DNA from: an uncultured Gammaproteobacteria bacterium
Lineage (GTDB): Bacteria; Patescibacteriota; Patescibacteriia; Magasanikbacterales; GWA2-37-8
Assembly (NCBI GenBank): GCA_964511375.1
Contig: CAZEEW010000001.1
Span: forward strand, 6,512 to 70,511
Direction: 5' to 3'
Length of the DNA stretch: 64,000 nucleotides
Positions within the stretch are counted from its first letter, which is position 1. Every line of letters starts with the position of its first letter. Shown piece after piece: positions 46,682-56,573 of this stretch. The notes beneath the pieces are model-generated. The model saw only the letters and a list, made by a program, of their open reading frames with translations. It was not told the DNA's origin and ran no database searches. The position numbers were made by a program, and so were the translations under genes.

Positions 46682-49516
46682 ATGCCAATTCCTTCTTTAA
46701 GACGTCGTGAGACACGTAGCTACGGTGAGGTTAAAGATAAGTTTCGCCCCCGTTTGGTTTCTAAGTTAAAAAGCCGAACTTTTTGGAAAAAAGCCCTTCT
46801 CTACGGTGGGGTTGTTGGAGCCGGTGGCCTGATTCTTTTTACTGGTTTCGTCTTTTGGGTTAGCCGAGAGTTACCCGACCCGAACCGTCTAAGTGAAAGA
46901 CAGGAACAAAGCACTAAAATCTACGACCGAACCGGTACCCACCTCTTATATGAAATTTTTCAAAACCAAAAAAGGACCATGGTTGAACTTGACCAAATGT
47001 CACCATGGATTCCCAAAGCCACGATTGCTATTGAAGATAAACGCTTCTACGAACACGGTGGTATCCGTATTCAAAGTATCTTGCGTGCCCAATTTAGCAA
47101 CCTTATCGGCCGACGCGAAGGTTCTGGTGGGGCCTCCACCCTAACTCAACAGTTAATAAAAAACGCCATTGTTGGTGACGATCACTCTTACTACCGTAAA
47201 ATAAAGGAGGCGATCTTGGCCATTCGCCTGGAAAGAAAATACAGCAAAGATGAGATTTTAAAAATGTATTTAAATGAGATTCCTTATGGATCCACCAACT
47301 ACGGTGTTGAGGCAGCCAGTCTTTCTTATTTTAACAAAAACGCCAAAGACCTAGACCTTCCGGAATCAGCTGCTTTAGCCGCCCTTGCCAAGGCTCCTAG
47401 TCGCTATCTTAACAATCCCGAAGCCCTGAAAACCCGTCGCGATTACGTTCTTTTGGTTATGAAAGAACAGGGCATGATTAACGAAGAAGAATATTCTAAA
47501 GCCAAGGAGGCCGTACTCACACTTAAGAAGAACGCTGGCTCAATGCAGGCTCCCCACTTTTCGTTATATGTAAAACAATTGCTGGCCGAACAATTTGGTG
47601 AAAAAGTTGTCGATACTGGGGGATTAAAGGTCGTCACTTCCTTAGACTTTGAAAAACAAAAGGAGGCGGAAAAAATAGTAAAGGAGGAGGGTGATCGTCT
47701 GGCCAAAGAAGCAAACGCCAACAACGCCTCTTTGGTTGCTCTTGATCCTAAGACCGCCCAGGTTTTAGTTATGGTTGGGTCTCGGGACTACAACAATGAC
47801 GAAATCGACGGTCAATTCAACGTTGCGGTGTTGGGAAAACGCCAGCCCGGCTCATCTTTTAAACCCTTCGTGTATACTTACGCCTTTGAAAAAGGCTACA
47901 CTCCAGAAACCATGCTCTACGACGTTCTCACTAATTTTGACCGTCGTACTGGTGGAAACTACACTCCAAAAAACTTCAACGGCAAAGAATATGGACTAGT
48001 AACAATGAGAAAGGCCCTCCAAGGATCTTTAAATATTCCGGCGGTAAAAACGCTTTACCTGGTTGGCTCCAAAGAAACTATTGAATTTGCTAAACGCTTT
48101 GGCTATACCACTTTTACCGGCGATTACGGTTTAAGTTTGGTGTTGGGTGGCGCTGAAGTAAACCTACTTGAACACACCAATGGTTACGCTACACTGGCTA
48201 ATCAAGGAAAATACCATTCGCCTGTTAGTATTTTGAGGGTTGAGGATCGCGCCGGTAATACTATGTATGAATGGAAAGAATCCGAAGGAACTGAGGCGAT
48301 TAAGCCAGAGATAGCAGCTATTACATCCAATGTACTATCTGATGACGCGTCACGTTCATATGTTTTTGGTCGTAACGGCAACCTTACCTTACCCGGGCGT
48401 ACCGTGGCAGCAAAGACCGGCACAACGAACGATAATAAAGACGCCTGGACCCTTGGTTACACCCCAAGCATTGCTGCTGGTGTTTGGGTGGGCAACACCA
48501 CCCCCGCCCCGATGAAGGGTGGCGGCAATGCATTAGCAGGCATCATTTGGAACAAGTTCATGCGTTTTGCGACGAAAGATGCTCCTGTCGAAAAATTTAC
48601 TGAACCAAAAACGGAAGACATTACTAAACCCATCTTGCGGGGCGGAGAAGGGGGTTTAAAAATTAAGATTAATCGCTTAACTGGTCGTGTAGCAGCGTCG
48701 TCAACTCCAGAACACCTAACAACTGAAAGAACATACCTGCTTCCCCACGACATCCTTCATTATGTCAAAAAAGATGACCCTCGGGGCGATTATCCAACCA
48801 ACCCGAGCGACGATCCTCAATATGAGAACTGGGAAACAGCGTTGCAAAGCTGGGTCGAACGCAACCGAAAAAAAGGTATTGAATTTACTCTTGAAGAACC
48901 TCCAACTGAAGTTGATGCCCCGCTTGACCCGGCCCTTGCTCCACGCCTCGAGGTGATTCATCCGCAACCTGGGGAAACCTACACTTCCCGCGACCTTCTT
49001 TTCGAAGTTAGGGCTGATTCCCCACGCGGCGTCCACCAAGTAACTTACTATATCGATAACAATCAAGTTGCTCTTTCTGGGAGCTTTCCTTTCAGCATAA
49101 CTTACCACGCTGAAACCCTGGCTCCCGGAGAACACTCTCTGATTATTCTTGCTGAGGACGATCTTGGTAACTACACCGAAAAAGAAATTAAGTTTAATTT
49201 AAGTGCCGCTTTTGAACCAGCCAACATTTCCTGGATGGACGGTGGGTCAATCGAGGTAAGCGGCTCTGATTTTCCGCGCGGCATGTATTTAAACACTTTC
49301 CGCTGGGAAGATATCCAGGAAGTTAAGATCTATCTTGTTGGCAACGGCAATCGAAGGTTAATTTATACCTTTAACCACAGCGAGCCTCTCCAAAACAACA
49401 AGCTCTTTTTCGCGTGGAGAACCTTTCCTGGACCAGGCGAGCATACTCTGTCGGCAGAAATGTCTGACAATGCCGGTCGCATCGTCACAAAGGACCTGGG
49501 GGTGAAAGGCAGGTAG
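46682..49516 (+). CDS. mrcA: Class A penicillin-binding protein (PBP1A: glycosyltransferase GT51 + transpeptidase) with about 230-aa C-terminal extension
   Basis: IEDKRFYEHGGI (GT51), SSFKPFVY (SxxK), SLN, KTGTT. Confidence 0.85.
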   Translation: MPIPSLRRRETRSYGEVKDKFRPRLVSKLKSRTFWKKALLYGGVVGAGGLILFTGFVFWVSRELPDPNRLSERQEQSTKIYDRTGTHLLYEIFQNQKRTMVELDQMSPWIPKATIAIEDKRFYEHGGIRIQSILRAQFSNLIGRREGSGGASTLTQQLIKNAIVGDDHSYYRKIKEAILAIRLERKYSKDEILKMYLNEIPYGSTNYGVEAASLSYFNKNAKDLDLPESAALAALAKAPSRYLNNPEALKTRRDYVLLVMKEQGMINEEEYSKAKEAVLTLKKNAGSMQAPHFSLYVKQLLAEQFGEKVVDTGGLKVVTSLDFEKQKEAEKIVKEEGDRLAKEANANNASLVALDPKTAQVLVMVGSRDYNNDEIDGQFNVAVLGKRQPGSSFKPFVYTYAFEKGYTPETMLYDVLTNFDRRTGGNYTPKNFNGKEYGLVTMRKALQGSLNIPAVKTLYLVGSKETIEFAKRFGYTTFTGDYGLSLVLGGAEVNLLEHTNGYATLANQGKYHSPVSILRVEDRAGNTMYEWKESEGTEAIKPEIAAITSNVLSDDASRSYVFGRNGNLTLPGRTVAAKTGTTNDNKDAWTLGYTPSIAAGVWVGNTTPAPMKGGGNALAGIIWNKFMRFATKDAPVEKFTEPKTEDITKPILRGGEGGLKIKINRLTGRVAASSTPEHLTTERTYLLPHDILHYVKKDDPRGDYPTNPSDDPQYENWETALQSWVERNRKKGIEFTLEEPPTEVDAPLDPALAPRLEVIHPQPGETYTSRDLLFEVRADSPRGVHQVTYYIDNNQVALSGSFPFSITYHAETLAPGEHSLIILAEDDLGNYTEKEIKFNLSAAFEPANISWMDGGSIEVSGSDFPRGMYLNTFRWEDIQEVKIYLVGNGNRRLIYTFNHSEPLQNNKLFFAWRTFPGPGEHTLSAEMSDNAGRIVTKDLGVKGR

Positions 49517-49537
49517 CGAGACGGCCTCCCCATTAAT

Positions 49538-49978
49538 ATGTTTTCTTCAAAAGAAAAGTTTCTTCTTAAATTCACACTATTCGGCGCAATCACACTTTGC
49601 GTCCCCACCCTTCTCCTTATATTGTTGTTATCATTAAAACTAACTAGCCCAGAAGCCAACAGTTTTTATACCCTTCTTGGCGTCTTTTCATTGGTGGCCG
49701 GAATTACGTGGAACAAAATATATTTCCCCACCAACCTATTGAACCAAAAAAGAAATGGCCGCTTTTTACCATTTATATTTAATTGGTTTCTCTCTCCTGT
49801 GTTTGCCACAGTGGTTTCGGCGACCACTTACTGTGGTATATATTTTTGGACCGAAGATAGGGGAAATTTTTATAACTGGTTCTTAATTATTATCTTTATC
49901 TGTCTTGGTTCAATCAAATTCCTAAAAGACGTCTGGAATTTCCGTATTAATTTACCGAAGAAAAGACTGCCCCGATAA
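49538..49978 (+). CDS. Small polytopic membrane protein, hypothetical
   Basis: Four predicted TM helices. ORF only. Confidence 0.35.
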   Translation: MFSSKEKFLLKFTLFGAITLCVPTLLLILLLSLKLTSPEANSFYTLLGVFSLVAGITWNKIYFPTNLLNQKRNGRFLPFIFNWFLSPVFATVVSATTYCGIYFWTEDRGNFYNWFLIIIFICLGSIKFLKDVWNFRINLPKKRLPR

Positions 49979-50016
49979 ACATTATTTAAAAACACCCCAG
50001 ACCGGGGTGTTTTTTA

Positions 50017-51132
50017 CTACTGTCTGATCGGCATCACTATATACAAATAGCCATTTTCTTTAGGGGCCAACTCACAAGGGCTGTCGGCGTTTATAACACT
50101 CAGACTTACTTTTTCTGATTCAATATTATTCAAACCGTCCAATAGGTATCTGTGGTTTAATAAAACCCGCACTGTTTCTCCCTCAGCTTCCCCCTCAAGT
50201 TCTGATCGATAATCGCCGGTTTGTGTCGAAGTCGAGACTATTTCTAGTCCTTCATTTGGTTTAATAGTAAGGTGTACAGCATTTACTCCGCTGGTGGAAA
50301 ACAGGCTGGCCGCCTTTACCTCTTTAATGAGTTTATCTGTTTCCAATTCAATGCTGGCCTTAAAGTCCTTAGGAATAATTTGGCGGTAATCTGGGTATTG
50401 GCCCTCGATCAGCCGAGAAACCATTTGTACGTTGCCATAGTGCAACGCGACCTGACCATCTCCTATTAATACCCTGGCATTTTTTTCATTTTCTAAACTA
50501 TCTTCCAACGAAAGAATGCGGGAGATTTCTACCGCAGTTCTCCCCGGAACAATCACCTTCTTTTCTTCTTCTCCCTGAACTAGATTTATTTTCTTTTCTG
50601 CGAGACGGTAACTATCTGTTGCAGCCATTACCAACTTCTTCGTTTCAACATTAAAACCAAAATATACGCCTGACAGTTCCGGGCGAATATCGTTTTTGGC
50701 CGTGGCTGGAATTACCTGACTTAGACCTCTCTTTAGTTCTCTCGCCTCAACCACATAACCCGTTCCCTCATCTACAGATGGAATAATCGGAAAATCCTCA
50801 GCCGGTGTCCCTTTAATTTTGGTCGAAGATTTTCCACATTCTACTACTAATTCATTATCTTTTAATTCAAAACCTATTTTTTCTTCTCCCAATAGGTTAA
50901 TAAAATCTGCCAGGGTTCTAGCCGGCACGGTAAATGAACCAGGCGCCTCCGTAATCGCTCGAATATTTACAACCGTTGCCATTTCCAGGTTGGTTGCAAC
51001 TACCTCCACTTTTTGATCTTCTGCTTTTATTAAAACATTATTTAAAATTGGCAAATTAATATTTTTACCGGCCACCCCACTTACCAGCATTAAGGCCTTT
51101 GACATGTTCTCCTTAGTGCATGAAAATTTCAT
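50017..51132 (-). CDS. dnaN: DNA polymerase III beta subunit (sliding clamp)
   Basis: About 370 aa, three-domain clamp pattern. Position immediately downstream of dnaA. Confidence 0.85.
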   Translation of the reverse strand: MKFSCTKENMSKALMLVSGVAGKNINLPILNNVLIKAEDQKVEVVATNLEMATVVNIRAITEAPGSFTVPARTLADFINLLGEEKIGFELKDNELVVECGKSSTKIKGTPAEDFPIIPSVDEGTGYVVEARELKRGLSQVIPATAKNDIRPELSGVYFGFNVETKKLVMAATDSYRLAEKKINLVQGEEEKKVIVPGRTAVEISRILSLEDSLENEKNARVLIGDGQVALHYGNVQMVSRLIEGQYPDYRQIIPKDFKASIELETDKLIKEVKAASLFSTSGVNAVHLTIKPNEGLEIVSTSTQTGDYRSELEGEAEGETVRVLLNHRYLLDGLNNIESEKVSLSVINADSPCELAPKENGYLYIVMPIRQ

Positions 51133-51432
51133 ATGACTTCATTAAAGGTTTGTGTATTAATTATTTAAGTATATATATAAAGTAATAATAGTAATAATAA
51201 GGCTGTGGACAGTGGGGAGAATTTAGTTTTTACTCTAATCTTAGTATAAATATTATTAGACGACCCTGTGTATAAAATTGATATTTTCGATTTAACTTGT
51301 GGAAAGCTCACGCTCGGTGTGTATAAGATTGAATAATTTTTCTTCCATTGTTAATAACCAGCTGACTTGTCCATAAGTTATTAAACACTTACCAACAAGT
51401 TATTAACATATCTTTGCTAGCTTATAATTAAA
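51133..51432. promoter_or_regulatory. oriC: dnaA-dnaN intergenic oriC-like region: AT-rich unwinding element (51150..51200) plus DnaA boxes TGTGGACAG (51204..51212), TGTGGAAAG (51298..51306), TTGTCCATA (51367..51375)
   Basis: Boxes match TTATCCACA (or its complement) with 2 or fewer mismatches. AT-rich run TATATATATAAAGTAATAATAGTAATAATAA. Confidence 0.5.
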
Positions 51433-52827
51433 TCAAACATTATTAATATATAATCTCTGTTTAATTAATTCTAATTCTTGCTTTAATCTAGGATCGTTTT
51501 CAATTTCTTTCTCAATTTTTAAATAAGCATGCATGGCTGTGGTGTGATCCCGGCCACCTAATTCGTCGCCAATGGCTGGATAGGACATGTTTAACTCGCG
51601 CCGAAGCATATACATAATAATTTGTCGTGGGAAAGAAAGCTTCTTCTCGCGACTTTTACCTTTGAGATCTTCTAAAGTGAGATTATAAAACTCAGCGACC
51701 GACTGGATGAGTTGCAGAGAACTAACAGAGCGCTTTAAGGAAACACCGCCGAGGGTCGAAATAAGGCCTTTTACGGAATCGAGGGTGGGCTCTGAAGACT
51801 TAAGTTGGTGGAAAACAATAATCTTATTGAGCGCCCCCTCTAACTCGCGAATATTACTTTGAACATTGGTTGCAATATACTGTAAAATCTCCTGGGAAAG
51901 AGGAAAGTTCTTCTCTAAACTCTTTTTTTCTAAGATGGCGGCTCTGGTTTCGAAGTCTGGTGCAGCCACGTCTGCGATCATGCCCCACTCAAACCGAGAC
52001 TTTAAGCGGTCTTCTAGGGCTGGAATAGCTTTGGGTGGGCGGTCAGAGGTAATTAGGACCTGTTTATTCTGTTGGTGAAGCTCGTTAAAAGTGTGAAAAA
52101 ATGATTCTTGGGTACGATCTTTGCCGGCGATAAACTGGATATCGTCAATGAGAAGTAAGTCAATGTGGCGGTAGAGATTTTGAAATTCTTTAGCTGTTCC
52201 TTCTTTAACAGAGGAAATAAAGTCATTAGAGAACTTTTCGGCACTACAATACATTATGTTTAAATTTGGGTTTTTCTCAAGAAGAGAATTGCCAACCGCC
52301 TGTAAAAGATGGGTTTTTCCTAGACCAACCCCGCCGTAGATAAACAATGGGTTGTAGGCCTCTCCAGGGCGCGCTACAACCGCTTGGGCGGCGGCATAGG
52401 CCAACTCACTACCTTTACCCACAACAAAGCTCTCAAAGGTATATTTGGGGTTTAGAGGCAAGCTGCCGCTAACCGCCGGTGTGGGTTTAGTTTCTGAAGA
52501 GGTGGTTTGAGCGGGTAAGGACTCTAGTCCAGAAACTACGGTTGGGGCAGGAGGAAATAATGGTTCACTAATATTTTTAATATTTTCGATTTTATAATCC
52601 AGCTTTTTTATCGGCTTTCCAGTTATTCTTTCTAAAGATTTAATAATAAGAGCATGATATTTTTTTTCAATCCAGGCCTTATTAAAGAGGTTTGGTACGC
52701 AAATTATAACCTGGCCGTCTTGAATTGAAACAATACCAGTATTTTTAAACCAAGTAACAAAATTGGCTTTAGACATGGATAATTCAACCTCGGCTAAAAC
52801 CCCCTGCCAAATTTCCTGATTGGTCAT
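51433..52827 (-). CDS. dnaA: Chromosomal replication initiator protein DnaA
   Basis: AAA+ motifs GGVGLGKTHLL and LLIDDIQF. C-terminal DNA-binding domain. Confidence 0.9.
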   Translation of the reverse strand: MTNQEIWQGVLAEVELSMSKANFVTWFKNTGIVSIQDGQVIICVPNLFNKAWIEKKYHALIIKSLERITGKPIKKLDYKIENIKNISEPLFPPAPTVVSGLESLPAQTTSSETKPTPAVSGSLPLNPKYTFESFVVGKGSELAYAAAQAVVARPGEAYNPLFIYGGVGLGKTHLLQAVGNSLLEKNPNLNIMYCSAEKFSNDFISSVKEGTAKEFQNLYRHIDLLLIDDIQFIAGKDRTQESFFHTFNELHQQNKQVLITSDRPPKAIPALEDRLKSRFEWGMIADVAAPDFETRAAILEKKSLEKNFPLSQEILQYIATNVQSNIRELEGALNKIIVFHQLKSSEPTLDSVKGLISTLGGVSLKRSVSSLQLIQSVAEFYNLTLEDLKGKSREKKLSFPRQIIMYMLRRELNMSYPAIGDELGGRDHTTAMHAYLKIEKEIENDPRLKQELELIKQRLYINNV

Positions 52828-52919
52828 AGTTGTTTTAAAGTGTTTTTAAGTTATGTGAAAGTAATTTTAGCATAATCATAAGGAAAAACAAACTTTTCAG
52901 TGAGGAAAAGTGTATAATT

Positions 52920-52949
52920 TGTGGACAACTTGTGGATGACTGTGGATAA
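52920..52949. promoter_or_regulatory. Cluster of three DnaA boxes (TGTGGACAA, TGTGGATGA, TGTGGATAA) at 10-11 bp spacing upstream of dnaA; a divergent rpmH promoter TTGACT-17-TATAGT follows at about 52963..52991
   Basis: Read directly. Classic dnaA autoregulation/oriC arrangement next to rpmH. Confidence 0.6.
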
Positions 52950-53006
52950 CAGTTAAACAGTGTTGACTAAAGCCAAGAAATAGTGTATAGTATTCATACT
53001 TTAATA

Positions 53007-53186
53007 ATATCTTACTATGGCAACAAAGAGAACTTACCAACCAAAAAAGCGCAAGAGAGCAAAAACTCATGGCTTTAGAGCTAAAATGAAGACTCGACAG
53101 GGCCGTGCTGTTTTAAAGCGCCGTCGAGACAAAGGAAGAAAGAAGCTTACTGTTTCTGACGAAAAGAAGGGTAAACTAACCCGCAA
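53007..53186 (+). CDS. rpmH: 50S ribosomal protein L34 (59 aa, with about 13-aa C-terminal extension)
   Basis: [46 protein letters not shown].... Found by manual translation (below ORF-track cutoff). Confidence 0.8.
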
Positions 53187-53198
53187 AGCTCGCTAAAG

Positions 53199-53226
53199 CA
53201 AACCTTTAACACCCTGAATTCCCAGG
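53199..53226 (+). terminator. Hairpin plus T-run (CACCCTG-aattc-CAGGGTG TTTTTTG) between rpmH and rnpA, a terminator/attenuator
   Basis: Read directly. Confidence 0.6.
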
Positions 53227-53266
53227 GTGTTTTTTGTTGAAAATTGTGGTATAATGGCTTTGTTAT

Positions 53267-53656
53267 ATGTTACAAAAAGACAACCGACTAACTAAAGTTC
53301 GAGATTTTAATCTCTTAATGAAATATGGCTCCTGGATAAACGGCCGCCTTTTTAATGTTAAGGCTCTTGAGTTAGCCAAATTTGAGAACTATTTTCCAAA
53401 AATGGAAGATAAAGATAATTTTAAAAAACAGCTTAGAATAGCCGTAAATGTTGGTGTTAAAGTATCCAAAAGTGCAGTGAAGAGATATCGGCTGAAGCGA
53501 CAGGCGAGCGAAGTGGTTCGGCTGCTTCTTAAAGAAAGAAGTTTAAAAAATGGATATTATATATTGATTAATGCAAAGAGTGATGTGTTGGAAAAAGATT
53601 ATCCAGAAATTAGCGAAGAAATTAAATTATTATTAAAAAAGTCGGGTTTAATATAA
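53267..53656 (+). CDS. rnpA: Ribonuclease P protein component
   Basis: Basic about 120-aa protein at the conserved position after rpmH. The basic motif KRYRLKRQASEVVRLLL resembles the RnpA RNR-type region. Confidence 0.65.
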   Translation: MLQKDNRLTKVRDFNLLMKYGSWINGRLFNVKALELAKFENYFPKMEDKDNFKKQLRIAVNVGVKVSKSAVKRYRLKRQASEVVRLLLKERSLKNGYYILINAKSDVLEKDYPEISEEIKLLLKKSGLI

Positions 53657-53657
53657 C

Positions 53658-53930
53658 ATGGGTTTTGTTGAATTTATAAAGAAGATCATGTATTTACCCA
53701 GAGTTCCAATACTCTGGGTAATTCGTGTGTATCAAAAAACTTTATCTCCTGACCATGGTCCAATGAAAGACATGTTTCCTTATGGTTACTGTAGGTTTCA
53801 TCCAACCTGCAGTCAGTACGGCTACGAAGTAATAAAAAAAAGGGGCCTTATCATCGGCCTCCCAAAAACTATTTGGCGTATTTTACGTTGTAATCCCTGG
53901 AGTAAGGGTGGAGTAGATTTACCCAGGTAA
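53658..53930 (+). CDS. yidD: Membrane protein insertion efficiency factor YidD
   Basis: RxYQ...SP......CRFxPTCSxYG signature. Confidence 0.8.
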   Translation: MGFVEFIKKIMYLPRVPILWVIRVYQKTLSPDHGPMKDMFPYGYCRFHPTCSQYGYEVIKKRGLIIGLPKTIWRILRCNPWSKGGVDLPR

Positions 53931-53934
53931 AAAA

Positions 53935-54159
53935 CTATTCAACAACCTCAATTGTTTTGTTTTTGCTCGTGATACCACTCACGATTTTTATTTTATTTCT
54001 TTTAATTTTAAAGTGCTCTGATAGCAGGTCTATAAGCGCCTCGTTTGCTTTCCCTTCCACTGGAGCAGTAGTGATTTTAATTTTTAAGGTGCCGTCAGCC
54101 ATTTCTCCCGCCACCTCGTTTTTCGATGATCGCGGTAAAACCCTAACCTTTATTTTCAT
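53935..54159 (-). CDS. DUF167/YggU-family small protein
   Basis: 74 aa, pattern ...RV.P.SSKNEV.G...G.LKI...AP.EGKAN.ALI..L..... Confidence 0.55.
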   Translation of the reverse strand: MKIKVRVLPRSSKNEVAGEMADGTLKIKITTAPVEGKANEALIDLLSEHFKIKRNKIKIVSGITSKNKTIEVVE

Positions 54160-54162
54160 AAT

Positions 54163-55002
54163 CTATCCTCTTAGTTTTTTTAGTAACTCCAAATCTTCTT
54201 CCACGCGATCGTGTTCAGTTTCTAAATAAAAGTTGATATTCTTAAGTTTGTCAGAGTTAATCATGGCCCAAAAACCTTTTATGCCTATTTCTCCTTCACC
54301 AATATGCTCGTGACGATCTTTCTTTAGACCGAGGGCGACCTTCGAGTCGTTACAATGGAACATCTTTAAATTGTCTAATCCAATTATATCGTCAAATTTT
54401 TTAAGAGTTTCATTCAGTGCTTCGGCTGAGCGCAAATCATAGCCGCTCGCAAAAGCATGTTGGGTGTCAAAACAAACCCCAACGTTGAATTTTTTCAGAT
54501 CCTTGTGGTGAATGATTTCCGCGATCTCTTCAAATTGATCGCCAATGATTTCCCCGCTACCGGCCGCAATTTCCACCAAAAAATGTGTTTCGCCCTTGTA
54601 ACCAGTTAACATTTCTTTTAATCCCGCCACTAATTTTTCGAGACCAACATCGTGTCCAAGGTCCTTATAACTGCCGAGGTGGGTCATTAGATATTTGGCC
54701 CCGAGCACGGAGGCTCTCTCAAGTTCTTCTCGCACAACTTTAATCGATCCGTGCCTTATACGGTTGTTGCCTGAAGCAAAGTTAATAAAATATGGGGTAT
54801 GAACTACCCATTCAGTCAAATTATTGTCTTCACAATTTTTTTTAAATTCCCGGGCAGTATCTTCGTTTAGGGGCGGAATCCAGCGGCCCTGTGGGGAGCG
54901 GGTGAACATCTGAAACACCTCACACCCCATTTTAGCTGCGTTTAATGGAGCGTTTTGTAGACCACCGGCTATAGAAACGTGTGCACCGAAAAGCATAGAC
55001 AA
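54163..55002 (-). CDS. nfo: Endonuclease IV (AP endonuclease family 2)
   Basis: TIM-barrel Endo IV blocks FGAHVSIAGG, HxxYxINxA and C-terminal His/Asp/Glu metal ligands. Confidence 0.85.
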   Translation of the reverse strand: MSMLFGAHVSIAGGLQNAPLNAAKMGCEVFQMFTRSPQGRWIPPLNEDTAREFKKNCEDNNLTEWVVHTPYFINFASGNNRIRHGSIKVVREELERASVLGAKYLMTHLGSYKDLGHDVGLEKLVAGLKEMLTGYKGETHFLVEIAAGSGEIIGDQFEEIAEIIHHKDLKKFNVGVCFDTQHAFASGYDLRSAEALNETLKKFDDIIGLDNLKMFHCNDSKVALGLKKDRHEHIGEGEIGIKGFWAMINSDKLKNINFYLETEHDRVEEDLELLKKLRG

Positions 55003-55072
55003 AATTTAATATTTTTAGTATAGCAGGAGAAGAACAAAAAATAAATAAGTCCCGCACCGGGACTTGTTTATT

Positions 55073-56491
55073 TTACTTTTTCTTTTTAGTAGTTTTTTTA
55101 GCAGGAGCTTTCGTAGCCTTAGGTTTTTCAATATCAGTTTTTTCTTCCTCCTGTTCCTCGTGGTCATGTCCGTGATCGTGATCACACCCTGGTCCGTGAA
55201 GGTGGGGCTTGAGGTCCAATACCTTTTCTTTTAACATTTCCATCACTTTGCGGTTTTGGATGGCCATAGCTAGAGTGTCGCGAACGTCGTGGCGCTTTAA
55301 GTTTTCAACTACCTGCGGGTCATTATTGTATGAAGCTTTAATTACCTCGCTCTCTACATCAATATCTTCTTCGCTAACTATAATTTTGTTTTCAACGGCC
55401 AGGGCACGGGATACCAAAGCAGCTTTAACGCGGGTCATGGCCCGATCAGCAAAGTCATCGTGGATTTCTTTTTCCGTTTTCTTGATGTCTTGTAAGTACC
55501 TTTCCATTTCAATGCCTCTTTCTTCTAAGCTGTGCTTAAGTTCGTTAAACATCTTGCGCTTTTCTGAATCTACCAAAACATTGGGAATTTCGCCAAAAAC
55601 GCTTTTGGCGATTAAATCTTCAAGCAATGCTGCCTCAATACGCTGCTCTTCTTTGTGGGTGGCTTCGTGTGTAAGGTTTTTCGTAATTAAGTCGCGCAAG
55701 GCCCCAACATCCTTTTGGCCGAGTTTTTTGGCGAAATCATCGTCTAGTTCGGGGTACTCAATCGCGAACACATCGGTTACTTTAACTTTGAAATCCACGT
55801 TTTTACCAGCCAGATGCTTTTGGTAGTGGGTATCAGGGAACATTAGATTAAATTCTTTCTCTTGGTCTTTTTCTAATCCAACTAATTGGTCAGCAAATCC
55901 AGGAATGTAGTGGTCTTCACTTAAGTACACCTGGTGTTTTGGGGCCTGACCGCCCTCAACCGGTACTTTGTCGATAAACATGTTCATGTCAACGACAACC
56001 TTATCCTCTTTTTTAGCCGGACCAGCCTTCACTACCTCCTTGGCTTGCATTTTGCGCAAGTCGTTCATTAGCTTGTCCACCTCTTTGTCTTCAACAACGA
56101 CTTCTTTTTTGTCTACTTTAATTGTGGTTAATTCTGGTAATTTTACCTCTGGCAAAAGCGCAACCTTGGCTTTAAAGACAAAATCATTGCCGGGAGCGGC
56201 CTTTAAAATAGTAATTTCCGGCATGCCAACGGTTGCTAGCTTTTCAGTTTGTAATACGTTTGTAAAATAGGTTTCCACAATCCTCTGCATTGCTTCCTCA
56301 AGAATCTTAATTTCGCCCAACTGCTGTTTTACAATTTCGTAAGGAGCCTTACCTGGTCGGAAGCCATGAATAGCGGCTCGTTCGGACAACCTTCCGGCTG
56401 CGCGCTCCATTTCTTTTTGGTAATCACTAGGCTGAACGGTAATGGTAAGCTCTACTTCGCCGTGTTCAAGATTTTTTCTTTCATGTGTCAT
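55073..56491 (-). CDS. tig: Trigger factor with His-rich/Lys-rich C-terminal tail
   Basis: N-terminal ribosome-binding motif region (GFRPGKAP), PPIase-like middle, C-terminal arm. Tail CDHDHGHDHEEQEEE...KKTTKKKK. Confidence 0.85.
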   Translation of the reverse strand: MTHERKNLEHGEVELTITVQPSDYQKEMERAAGRLSERAAIHGFRPGKAPYEIVKQQLGEIKILEEAMQRIVETYFTNVLQTEKLATVGMPEITILKAAPGNDFVFKAKVALLPEVKLPELTTIKVDKKEVVVEDKEVDKLMNDLRKMQAKEVVKAGPAKKEDKVVVDMNMFIDKVPVEGGQAPKHQVYLSEDHYIPGFADQLVGLEKDQEKEFNLMFPDTHYQKHLAGKNVDFKVKVTDVFAIEYPELDDDFAKKLGQKDVGALRDLITKNLTHEATHKEEQRIEAALLEDLIAKSVFGEIPNVLVDSEKRKMFNELKHSLEERGIEMERYLQDIKKTEKEIHDDFADRAMTRVKAALVSRALAVENKIIVSEEDIDVESEVIKASYNNDPQVVENLKRHDVRDTLAMAIQNRKVMEMLKEKVLDLKPHLHGPGCDHDHGHDHEEQEEEKTDIEKPKATKAPAKKTTKKKK

Positions 56492-56573
56492 ATTTCTATT
56501 ACAAATTATTTTTTTGAATTATTTGTTCGCCAAGTTTAACCTAATTTGGCCAAAAAGTCAACCGTAAGGGCCT

